Source: Myxococcota bacterium (lineage in GTDB: Bacteria > Myxococcota_A > Polyangia > Polyangiales > Sandaracinaceae). From it: a stretch of DNA of 26,023 bases. Both the position numbers and the translations under genes were made by a program. This document shows positions 15,002 through 23,386 of this stretch, in pieces. Positions within the stretch are counted from its first letter, which is position 1. Each line of letters opens with the position of its first letter. The DNA lies in assembly GCA_036149055.1 (NCBI GenBank), contig JAYZQJ010000145.1, positions 1-26,023 on the forward strand. Direction: 5' to 3'. The notes under the pieces were generated by a model. The model did no database searches. It was given only the letters and a program-made list of their open reading frames with translations, and was not told where the DNA came from.

Positions 15002-16360
15002 TCAGAGCTCGCCCAACGAGCGCGGTGATTCGAGGGTCCGCAGGAATGCGTCGCCGACGGTGACGCAGGCCTCGCGGACCTCCGTCGCGCCGTCCAGCAG
15101 GAGGGCCATCGGGTGGAGCTCCACCCGCTCCACCTCCGCGCGGTGCTCGTCGACGAACGCCGCGAGGCGGAGCAGGGTGTCCGAGATCGCGTGCACCGCG
15201 GCCCGCCGCGCCGAGGCGCCGCCCCCCAGCACGAGGGGCGCGCCCGCGAGGCGGCCGAGCACGCGCTCGATCGCGTCGACGCTGGCGGGCAGCACCGTCA
15301 CGGTGCGGTCGTCGGCCGCGCGCCCGTGGGGATCCGCGAAGCCGATCTCGGCGAGCACGAGGCCCTCGGGCAGCGGCTCCGCGACCACCCGCAGCATGGC
15401 CTGCGCGGTGGTCGTCGCCGTCACGTGCACGCCGAGCAGGCGGGCGTCGGGCTGACGCTCGCTCGCCATCGCCATGATCTGCCGGTAGACGTCCCGGACG
15501 CGCGCCGCGTTGTCGACGCCGTCGACCGCGAGATCGGCGTGGTCCCAGAGGCGCAGGTCGGGGCTCGCCAGCGAGATGCGCACCGGGAAGCCGAGGCGCG
15601 CCGCCTCCGACGCGGCCCGCGACGGGCTCGTGCACAGCTCCTCGATCGGCATCGGCAGCCCGTAGGGATCGAGGGCGGCCTTGCTCGCGGGGTCGGACAG
15701 CGCGCGGGGCGGACCGAAGATCACCTCCTGGACCGCGGCGCGATCGACGCCCTCCATCACCGCGCGGGCGGGCGGCATCGCCTGGGTGCGGAGGCGACAC
15801 GCGCGCAGCGCCTCGCCGACCGCGCGCGGCGGCCCGAGCACGATCGTCGGCTCGGCGCCCCGGGCGGCCCAGCCGAGCCGGCCCTCGTCGGCGCGCAGCA
15901 GCCGCCCGCCGCCGCGCCCGCTCACCGTCGCGTCGTCGCCCAGCCGCTTGCGGTCCAGCGCGCTCAGGCGGCGCGTGGAGGCGGTCCAGGGATGCGCGGT
16001 CCGCGTCTCGAGCAGCGCGACCGCGGCGAGGAGCGGCTCGATCTCGCCGACCGCCACCAGCCCGAGATCGCCCGCCAGCCAGCGGCCGCGGTCGCTCGCC
16101 TCGTCGCCCGCGACCAGGGCCACCGGCACCGCGCTGCCGGCGGCGCGCGCCGCGGCGGCCAGCTGGACGAGCGCGGCGGGGCTGGGGGGAGCGGCCAGCG
16201 CGAGGGCGCACGGCGAGCCGTCGGCGGCGGCGGCGCGGCACGCCCCGATCGCGTCCGGCGCGATGAACGGCTCGGCGGTCAGGCCGATGGCCTCGGCCGC
16301 GCGGGCGCACTCCACCGCCAGCTCGGCCTCGTCGCAGAACACGCGCCAGCGAGCGCTCAC
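15002..16360 (-). CDS. Acetate-CoA ligase (ADP-forming)-like protein with C-terminal ATP-grasp domain, degenerate
   Basis: RALSDPASKAALDPYGLP...AARLGFPVRISLASPDL...DDRTVTVLP...DTLLRLAAF...VELHPM matches the ATP-grasp_5 layout. Start uncertain: GTG 16360 (GGGAG upstream) or ATG 16423. Confidence 0.7.
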   Translation of the reverse strand: MSARWRVFCDEAELAVECARAAEAIGLTAEPFIAPDAIGACRAAAADGSPCALALAAPPSPAALVQLAAAARAAGSAVPVALVAGDEASDRGRWLAGDLGLVAVGEIEPLLAAVALLETRTAHPWTASTRRLSALDRKRLGDDATVSGRGGGRLLRADEGRLGWAARGAEPTIVLGPPRAVGEALRACRLRTQAMPPARAVMEGVDRAAVQEVIFGPPRALSDPASKAALDPYGLPMPIEELCTSPSRAASEAARLGFPVRISLASPDLRLWDHADLAVDGVDNAARVRDVYRQIMAMASERQPDARLLGVHVTATTTAQAMLRVVAEPLPEGLVLAEIGFADPHGRAADDRTVTVLPASVDAIERVLGRLAGAPLVLGGGASARRAAVHAISDTLLRLAAFVDEHRAEVERVELHPMALLLDGATEVREACVTVGDAFLRTLESPRSLGEL

Positions 16361-16418
16361 CGCGCGGCGCTCCCGCGGCACGGGGGTGGGTGTGGACGGT
16401 CCGTGGACACGCGCGCGG

Positions 16419-16483
16419 ATCATAGCAGCCAGGCGCGCGTTCGCCGGACTCTCTGGATCTCGGCGCGACCGCTCCGGTATCCT
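16419..16483. promoter_or_regulatory. Divergent -10 elements: TATGAT (-, 16419-16424) and TATCCT (+, 16478-16483)
   Basis: Both TAnnnT hexamers lie in the short divergent gap; TATCCT is 9 nt before GTG 16493. Confidence 0.4.
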
Positions 16484-16492
16484 GAGGCCCGC

Positions 16493-17434
16493 GTGACTTC
16501 GATTCGCTTCGCCTCGCTCCTGCTCCTCGCCTCCCTGCTCGGCGGCGTCTCCAGCGCGCACGCGCAAGACGAGGGGGCGCCTCCCACCGACGCGCCGGCC
16601 GAGAGCGAGGGGCAGCCCGAGAACCTCGAGGCCACCCAGCAGGCGCGCCAGAACTTCCTCGCCGGGATCGAGCACTTCCGCGCCCACCGCTACCGGGACG
16701 CCATCCAGAGCTTCCAGCTCGCCGCGCAGCTCGTCCCGAGCGCCGATCTCTGGTTCAACATCGCGCGCTCGCACGAGGAGCTCTCGGAGTACGAGCCGGC
16801 GATCGAGTACTACCAGCGTTACCTCCGCGATCGCGTCGACCCGCCCGATCGTCAGCAGGTCGAGGCGCACATCGAGGAGCTCCGGGAGCGGGCCGAGGCC
16901 GCCCACGCGGCGCAGCAGTCGGCGCCGACCGAGGGCACGCTGCGGCTCTCGGCCAACCGCGACGGCTCCGAGGTGCAGCTCGACGGCGAGGCCGCGGGCA
17001 CCTCGCCCTGGCAGGGGCCGCGGGAGCTGTCCCCCGGGCGCCACCGCCTCGCGGTCCTGCGCGAGGGCTACGTGCCGTTCCGCTCCGAGGTGAGCGTGGA
17101 GGCGGGCGTGACCACCGCCGCGTACGCCGACCTCGTGCCCGAGACCCGCTACCGCGCGATCCGGGCCGACCGCATCTTCACGTGGATCACCTGGGGGCTG
17201 GCGGTCGTGTCGCTCGGCGTGAGCATCGGCCTCGGCATCGAGGCGTCGTCGCAGGCGCAGACCGACCTCGACAACGCGCGCACCGTCGCGGCGTTCTCCG
17301 ACGTCTTCCTCGGCGGCGCGATCGGGCTCGGCGTGGTCGGGCTGATCCTCTGGTTCGTCGAGGGCCGCACCGTCGGCACCGAGCGGATCACGGTCAGCGA
17401 CGAGGACGCGAGCGGCGTTCGAGGACCTCGCTGA
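16493..17434 (+). CDS. Exported TPR + PEGA domain protein with C-terminal hydrophobic segments
   Basis: Signal peptide MTSIRFASLLLLASLLGGVSSAHA; TPR (ARQNFLAGIEHF...LWFNIARSHE...AIEYYQRYL); PEGA (GSEVQLDG...LSPGRHRLAVLREGY); two hydrophobic stretches. Confidence 0.85.
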   Translation: MTSIRFASLLLLASLLGGVSSAHAQDEGAPPTDAPAESEGQPENLEATQQARQNFLAGIEHFRAHRYRDAIQSFQLAAQLVPSADLWFNIARSHEELSEYEPAIEYYQRYLRDRVDPPDRQQVEAHIEELRERAEAAHAAQQSAPTEGTLRLSANRDGSEVQLDGEAAGTSPWQGPRELSPGRHRLAVLREGYVPFRSEVSVEAGVTTAAYADLVPETRYRAIRADRIFTWITWGLAVVSLGVSIGLGIEASSQAQTDLDNARTVAAFSDVFLGGAIGLGVVGLILWFVEGRTVGTERITVSDEDASGVRGPR

Positions 17435-18440
17435 GCGCGTCGCGCGCCTCGGGGGAGACGCGCCCCTCGGGCAGCGCCGTGCGCTCGCCGAGCAGCGCCC
17501 GGGCGGTCGCCGCCACGCTCTCCTCGAGCCCGCGCAGGTCGTAGCCGCCCTCGAGCAGGCAGATCACGCGGCCGTGACCGAGCGACTCGGCCAGGTCGAC
17601 GAGCGACGTGGCCATCGCCCCGTAGGCCGCGCTCGACAGCTCCATCGACGCGAGCGGGTCGCGCTGGTGGGCGTCGTAGCCGGCCGAGACCAGGATCACG
17701 TCCGGCGCGTGCGCCTCGACGGCCGGCAAGACGACCTCGCGGAACGCCGCGCCGTAGACCTCGTCGCCGCTCCCGGCCGGCAAGGGGACGTTCAGGGTCG
17801 CGCCCTCGCCGGGGCCGACGCCCGTCTCCGCCGCCGCGCCGGTGCCGGGGTAGAGGGGCCACTGGTGCAGCGAGACGAAGAGCACGTCCGGGTCCGCCTC
17901 GAAGATGTGCTGGGTGCCGTTGCCGTGGTGCACGTCCCAGTCGATCACCGCGACCCGGCGCGCGCCGGCGGCCTGGGCGGCGCGGGCGGCGAAGGCCACG
18001 TTGTTCAGCAGGCAGAAGCCCATCGCCCGATCGGCCTCGGCGTGGTGGCCCGGGGGGCGGAGCAGGGCCACGCCGCGAGTCAGCTCTCCTTGCATGACGC
18101 GGGTGGCCAGCTCGGCGGCGCCGCCCGCGGCGTGCCACGCGGCCTCCTCGCTGCCCGGGGAGTGGAACGTGTCGGCGTCCAGGCTCCCCCATCCGCGCGA
18201 GAGCGCCTCGCGCAGCGTCTCGAGGTAGGCCGGCGCGTGCACGGCGGTCAGCTCGTCGGCGCGCACCGGGCGGGTGTCGATCGCGCGGACCTTCTCGGGG
18301 GCGATCGCGCCGCGCAGGCCGGAGCGCGCCGCGGCGAGCCGCTCGGGGCGCTCGGGGTGCACGCCGCGCGCGGTGTGGGCGTCGAAGCGGTCGTCGTCGA
18401 CCAGCCCGAGGGCGAGGGGCGGGTTGCGGCCCGGGCGCAT
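17394..18440 (-). CDS. Zn-dependent histone-deacetylase-family protein (lysine/polyamine deacetylase)
   Basis: HPERPERL, RPPGHHA, MGFCLLNN, DWDVHHGNGTQ, YPGTG, SAGYDAH, LEGGY; ATG overlaps the upstream stop (TGATG). Confidence 0.95.
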   Translation of the reverse strand: MRPGRNPPLALGLVDDDRFDAHTARGVHPERPERLAAARSGLRGAIAPEKVRAIDTRPVRADELTAVHAPAYLETLREALSRGWGSLDADTFHSPGSEEAAWHAAGGAAELATRVMQGELTRGVALLRPPGHHAEADRAMGFCLLNNVAFAARAAQAAGARRVAVIDWDVHHGNGTQHIFEADPDVLFVSLHQWPLYPGTGAAAETGVGPGEGATLNVPLPAGSGDEVYGAAFREVVLPAVEAHAPDVILVSAGYDAHQRDPLASMELSSAAYGAMATSLVDLAESLGHGRVICLLEGGYDLRGLEESVAATARALLGERTALPEGRVSPEARDALSEVLERRSRPRR

Positions 18441-19264
18441 CACCAGGCGATCAGCGGGACCTGAGCCGGAGCCCAGGTGCCCTCCGGGAGCTGGGCGCCC
18501 CCGTCCTGCGTCAGGACGATGGCGAGCACGGTCGCGACCGCGCCGAGCGCCACCGCGACGCCGACCGTCACCCCGACGATGAGCCCGACGTCCGGCCCGC
18601 TCGAGGTCTCCGTGCCCGGCCCGCCGCCCTGGGCGAGCTCCTCCGGCGAGGGGCCGACGTACTCCTCGACCGACAGCTCGACGGTGGCCGTCTCGCCTTC
18701 GCCCACCGCGAAGCTCCGGGACTCCAGCTCCTCGCCGCGCCGCACGACCCGGACCTCGTGCTGACCGGGGTTGATCGGGATCTCGGTACCGAGGATGGCC
18801 GCCTGCAGGGGCGCGCCGTCGAGGGTGAGCCGATCGACCTCGGTCTCGAAGTGGTTGACCCGCAGCGTCAGCCGACCGATGCGCGGCACCACCGAAGTCA
18901 GGAGCTGCTGGGCGTCGCTCCGCAGGTCGGGCATCTGCTCGCTCTGGCAGCGGCGGAGGAACCGGCGGTAGTTCTCGGCGGCCTCGACGAGCCGTCCGGT
19001 CTGGGCCTGCGCGGTCGCGAGGTTGTAGACGATCTGCGCGAAGGGGGCGACGTCGAAGGCGCGCTGGAACGCCTCGCGGGCCTCCATCCATCGCTCCTCG
19101 GACGCGGCCTCGACGCCCTCGGTGTAGCTCTGCCGCGCGACCGCGCGGAGGTGGTCCGGCGGCTCCGGCTCCGGCTCGCACTGCGCGGACGCGGTCCACG
19201 GTGCGGCGAGGAGGACCAGCGCTGCGAGGAGGATCGGCGCGACGGCGGCGAAGGTGATGCGCAC
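18440..19264 (-). CDS. Exported TPR + PEGA-like protein with C-terminal TM helix
   Basis: Signal peptide; TPR (ARQSYTEGV...AREAFQRAF...IVYNLATAQ...AAENYRRFL); LTLDG...INPGQHEVRV; TM GLIVGVTVGVAVALGAVATVLAIVL. Confidence 0.85.
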   Translation of the reverse strand: MRITFAAVAPILLAALVLLAAPWTASAQCEPEPEPPDHLRAVARQSYTEGVEAASEERWMEAREAFQRAFDVAPFAQIVYNLATAQAQTGRLVEAAENYRRFLRRCQSEQMPDLRSDAQQLLTSVVPRIGRLTLRVNHFETEVDRLTLDGAPLQAAILGTEIPINPGQHEVRVVRRGEELESRSFAVGEGETATVELSVEEYVGPSPEELAQGGGPGTETSSGPDVGLIVGVTVGVAVALGAVATVLAIVLTQDGGAQLPEGTWAPAQVPLIAW

Positions 19265-19295
19265 GACCCCTTGGTGCCCAAAGCGAGCCGCGGCG

Positions 19296-20765
19296 TCAAC
19301 CGCCTTCCTCCGGGGGCGAGGCGTCCGCGCCGACCCCGCGGCTGCCGAGGGTGCCGAGGCCGACCCAGAGGAAGCTCGCGCCCAGCATCCCGAAGAAGGC
19401 CGCCTCGGTGTAGAGGCCGGCGCGCACCGCCTCGGCGGTGAAGAAGAGGTGCCCGGCCCCGAGCGCGACCTCGGCGAGGGCGAGGAGCGGCTTGCGGCTG
19501 CGGTAGCGCGGGCCCTCGGTCGAGGCGCGGGAGCCCGCCTTCGGGGTGCGCACGAAGGGCCCCCCGAGGCGCACGAGGCCCTCGAACCAGGCGAGCGTGT
19601 AGGCGAGCGAGAGGCCGATGGCGAGCGGGATCACCAGGGGGATGAGGAAGAGGTTGCCGAGCCCGGCGCCGACGTAGCGGAGCGCCGCCCCGTAGAAGCA
19701 GAGGCAGCCCACGCCGACCAGCCCGAAGAGGGCGGTGTTCACCGGCACCGTGTAGTCGACGAGGAAGGGCAGCCCGTAGAGCGTGGTGAACGGCGACGTG
19801 AGCGACGCCATCAGGATGAGCGGGTCGATGGCGTGCCGGCCCATGTGCATGAACATCATGAGCTTGGAGCGCGCCGGCAGGTCGCTGCGCAGGATGCGCC
19901 AGCCCAGGGAGCGGAGCAGCTGCGCGCTGCCGAGCGACCAGCGGTGCTGCTGGGTGCGGAACGACGCCATGTCCTCGGGCAGCTCGGTCGGCACGGAGTA
20001 CTGCCGGAGGTGCACCAGGCGCCAGCCGTCGAGGTGAGCCCGGAATGACAGATCCGCGTCCTCGGCGAGGATCTCGCCGCGCCACCCGCCCACCGCGCGG
20101 ATCGTCTCGGTCCGCCAGAGGCCGTTGGTCCCGTTGAACTGCATCGGGAGCCGGCTGGCAGCGCGGGCGAACTGGTCGATCGCGAAGAGGCCGTCGAGCA
20201 CCATCGCCTGCAGGCGGGTCAGCAGGGAGCGCTCGCGGTTGAGGAAGCTCCAGCGGACCTGCACGCACCCGACCTTCTCGTCGCGGAAGAACGGCACCGT
20301 GCGCTCGAGGAAGTCCTCGGCCGGCATGCAGTCCGCGTCGAAGATCGCCACGATGTCCGAGTCCGTCTCGGCGAGGCCGGCCTGCAGCGCGCCCGCCTTG
20401 TAGCCGGTCGGCCGCTCGCGGTGGAGGTGGCGCACGCGCACGCCCGCCTCGCGCAGCTCCTCCACCACCTCCGCGACCCGCGCGGTGGTGCGGTCGTCGC
20501 TGTCGTCGAGCACCTGGATCTCGAGCTGGCCCGCCGGGTAGCGGAGCCGCGCCGCGTGCCGGATCACGCGCTCGGCCACGTAGAACTCGTTCTTGAGCGG
20601 CAGCTGCACGCAGACGGTGGGCCACGGCTCGAGGGGCGTCGGGCGCTCGGGGTCCGCCTCGCGCAGACCCGTCCACGCCGCCCGCAAGAAGTGGTAGCTC
20701 AGGACGACGAGCAGGGCGCGAAGCAAGACGCGCGCGAGCTCGAAGAGGGCGAGGAGAAAGACCAT
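19296..20765 (-). CDS. Processive GT2, cellulose-synthase-like (CslA-type) glycosyltransferase
   Basis: QLPLKNE, LDDSDD, GYKAGAL, IFDAD, FNGTNGLWR, AEDADL, QQHRW (D,D,D,QxxRW) plus C-terminal TM helices. Confidence 0.92.
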   Translation of the reverse strand: MVFLLALFELARVLLRALLVVLSYHFLRAAWTGLREADPERPTPLEPWPTVCVQLPLKNEFYVAERVIRHAARLRYPAGQLEIQVLDDSDDRTTARVAEVVEELREAGVRVRHLHRERPTGYKAGALQAGLAETDSDIVAIFDADCMPAEDFLERTVPFFRDEKVGCVQVRWSFLNRERSLLTRLQAMVLDGLFAIDQFARAASRLPMQFNGTNGLWRTETIRAVGGWRGEILAEDADLSFRAHLDGWRLVHLRQYSVPTELPEDMASFRTQQHRWSLGSAQLLRSLGWRILRSDLPARSKLMMFMHMGRHAIDPLILMASLTSPFTTLYGLPFLVDYTVPVNTALFGLVGVGCLCFYGAALRYVGAGLGNLFLIPLVIPLAIGLSLAYTLAWFEGLVRLGGPFVRTPKAGSRASTEGPRYRSRKPLLALAEVALGAGHLFFTAEAVRAGLYTEAAFFGMLGASFLWVGLGTLGSRGVGADASPPEEGG

Positions 20766-20837
20766 CCGGGAGACGGCGACGATGGCCCAGCCACGTGCCG
20801 GGAGAGCCGGTGATACCAGATCGGAGCCGCCCGTGCG

Positions 20838-22439
20838 TCACTCGAGGCGTCGTCGCCAGGCGTGGGCCGGCGCCGAGTCGGGGTGTCGGCTCAGCTCCCG
20901 GGCCACCGCGTCGCGCAGCCGGTCCCGGAGGCCCATGCGCTCGAGCTGGGTCGCGTAGAGGGCGAAGGCCCGGTCGTGCACGCCGCGCTCGGCCGCGAGC
21001 ACCGGCGCCTCGACCGCCGCCTCGAGGGCGCCGAGCCCCGCGCTCGCGTCCCGGCGCCGCAGGTGCGCGAGGCCGAGGTCGAGCCAGGTCGCGGCCCTAT
21101 CGGGGTCGAGGGCGCGGGCGCGCTCGAGGGCGATGACCGCGCGCTCCGGGTCGCCCGCCTGGAGGTGGGCGACCCCGAGGTTGTGCCAGGCGCGCGGCGA
21201 CTCCGGGGCGTGGCGGGCGGCGTCGTCGAAGAGGGTGACGTCGTCGCGCCACACGCCGGCGCGCTCCACCGCGCGCGTGCCCTGCAGCGCCAGCGCCGCG
21301 GCGAGCAGGAGGCGGGGCCAGCGCGGGTCGCGGCGCTCGGCGAGCATCGCCCCGACGCAGGCGCAGACCCCGATCGCCGGCAGGTAGAGATAGCGGTCCG
21401 CCACGGGGTTGAGCAGCCACGGGGTGGCGAGGGTCGGGAGGCTCGCCACCAGGAGCCAGCCGGCGGCGAAGGTCACCCGGCGATCCCAGCGCCAGCCGAG
21501 GGCGAGCGCGACGGTCAGCGCCATCCACGCCGCCGCGCCCGCGATCAGGCCGGCCGGGCTCTGGAAGAACGAGAGGTCGTGCTCGGCGGACAGCGGCCAG
21601 CCGACCGCGAGCTGAGCCGCGCGGTGGGCGAGCACCGGCCCGACCTCGAGCCAGCCGAGCTCGTGCAGCCGCGCGGCCTGGGCGAACGCGGCCGACAGCG
21701 GGGTGAGCGGCCCGGCGCCGGCGCCGATCGACAGTGAGGGCACGCCGAGCGCGTGCTGGAAGAGCGCCCAGCCGCCGAGCGCGACCGCCGACGCGCCGGC
21801 CAGGGCGAGCGCCTTGGCCCGCGACGGGCGCAGCGCGGGCGTCGCCCAGGCGAGCAGCGCGTAGAGGCCGGGCGCCACCACCGCGACCTCCTTGGCGCCG
21901 AGCGCGAGCGCGAACGCGACGAAGGCCGCGCCCAGCCACGCCCAGGAGCCGCGCGCGAGGCGTGAGGCCGCCCAGAGCGCGACGAGGACGAAGAGCGCCG
22001 CGATCGGATCCTCGCGGTTGCTGACCCCGGCCACCGCCTCGACGCACGCGGGGTGCACGGCGAAGAGCGCGGCGCCCCCGGCGGCGGCGACGAGCGAGCC
22101 GCTCAGGCGCCACGCGAGCCAGAGCACCATCAAGCTCACCGCCAGGTGCCACAGCGCGCTGTGCGCGTGGCGGCCCCCGAACGCGTCGCCGAAGAGCGCC
22201 CGGTCGACGAGGTGGGTGGCGAGCAGCACCGGCCGGCCCTGATCGGGGATCTCGGCGTCGAGGTAGGCGGGCGAGGCGAGCACGCGCAGGTGGCTCGCGT
22301 CGTCCAGGAAGGCGTTGTCCGTGATGTGGTGGTGGTCGTCGTAGGTCGGGCCGAACGAAGCGGTCTGCGCGTAGGGCACGAGCGCGAGCGCCGCGACCCC
22401 GGCGGCCGCGAGGAGCCGGGCGTGCGGCGTGCCGCTCAA
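20838..22439 (-). CDS. TMTC-like GT-C membrane glycosyltransferase with C-terminal TPRs
   Basis: First-loop YDDHHHITDN, GRPV, LFAVHPACVEAVAGVSNRED, GAKE, ADRYLYLP, VWRDDVTLF, then TPRs (RAWHNLG..., TWLDLG...); TTG start overlaps the epimerase stop (TTGA). Confidence 0.85.
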   Translation of the reverse strand: MSGTPHARLLAAAGVAALALVPYAQTASFGPTYDDHHHITDNAFLDDASHLRVLASPAYLDAEIPDQGRPVLLATHLVDRALFGDAFGGRHAHSALWHLAVSLMVLWLAWRLSGSLVAAAGGAALFAVHPACVEAVAGVSNREDPIAALFVLVALWAASRLARGSWAWLGAAFVAFALALGAKEVAVVAPGLYALLAWATPALRPSRAKALALAGASAVALGGWALFQHALGVPSLSIGAGAGPLTPLSAAFAQAARLHELGWLEVGPVLAHRAAQLAVGWPLSAEHDLSFFQSPAGLIAGAAAWMALTVALALGWRWDRRVTFAAGWLLVASLPTLATPWLLNPVADRYLYLPAIGVCACVGAMLAERRDPRWPRLLLAAALALQGTRAVERAGVWRDDVTLFDDAARHAPESPRAWHNLGVAHLQAGDPERAVIALERARALDPDRAATWLDLGLAHLRRRDASAGLGALEAAVEAPVLAAERGVHDRAFALYATQLERMGLRDRLRDAVARELSRHPDSAPAHAWRRRLE

Positions 22440-23386
22440 AGGACGCCCTCGGCGCGGAAGCTCGCCACCGTCTCGCGCACGCCCTCCTCGAAGCCGACCG
22501 GCCAGCGGAACCCGAGGCGACGGAGCGCGGAGACGTCGAGGGCGCAGTCGCTGGTCAGGGTGTGGAGCCGAGCGCGCGAGAGCGGCGGCCGCCGCAGCGC
22601 GGCCTCGAAGGCGCGCGCGGTGACCCGGGCCACCGGCATCGGGAAGGGCAGCGGGATCGGGACGCGCCCCGCCGCGCGCGCGATCGCGTCCGTGGTCTCC
22701 CGCAGCGTCACCGGGTGGGCGTCGGCGACGTGCAGCACGCCGCGAGGCGCCTCGCGCTCGAGCGCGAACCGGATCGCGTCCACGAGGTTGTCGAGGTGAC
22801 AGAAGCTCATGCGGTTGTCGCCGCGCCCGGGCACCGGGAACAGGCCGGTGGAGGCGGGGCGGGCGAGGGCGAGGAAGTTCCGCCGCTCGCCGGGCCCGTA
22901 CACGGTCGGGGGCCGGAGGAGGACGATCCGCATCGCGCCGCGTCGGGCGAGCAGCGCCTCCTCGGCCGCGCGCTTGGAGCGCCCGTAGGCGGTGCTCGGC
23001 GCGCAGGGCGCGTCCTCTCGCACGAGCCCGGCGTCCGAGGCCCAGCCGATCGCCGCCTGGCTGCTGACGAAGACGAAGGTCGCGCAGCCCGCCGCCTCGG
23101 CCGCGTCGGCGAGCGCGACCGTGCCGCGGTGGTTGATCGCGTCGGCCTCGGCCTCGGACTCGACCGGGTCGAGGGCGGCGGCGCAGTGCACGACCGCGCG
23201 GGCGCCGCGGGCGGCCAGGCGCAGCGAGGCGGGATCGCGGAGGTCTCCGCGCGCGCGCTCCGAGGCGCCCTCGACGTCGGCGCGGTGCACCAGGGCTCTG
23301 ACCTCGTGGCCGGCGTCTCGCAGGGCGACCACGACGCGCCCGCCGATCCATCCGCCGCCGCCCGTGACGAGGATCGGCGCGCTCAC
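22436..23386 (-). CDS. NAD-dependent epimerase/dehydratase (extended SDR)
   Basis: ILVTGGGGWIG, VVHCAA, FVFVSS, YGRSK (YxxxK), LRPPTVYGPG; GTGA overlap with the radical SAM stop. Confidence 0.93.
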   Translation of the reverse strand: MSAPILVTGGGGWIGGRVVVALRDAGHEVRALVHRADVEGASERARGDLRDPASLRLAARGARAVVHCAAALDPVESEAEADAINHRGTVALADAAEAAGCATFVFVSSQAAIGWASDAGLVREDAPCAPSTAYGRSKRAAEEALLARRGAMRIVLLRPPTVYGPGERRNFLALARPASTGLFPVPGRGDNRMSFCHLDNLVDAIRFALEREAPRGVLHVADAHPVTLRETTDAIARAAGRVPIPLPFPMPVARVTARAFEAALRRPPLSRARLHTLTSDCALDVSALRRLGFRWPVGFEEGVRETVASFRAEGVL

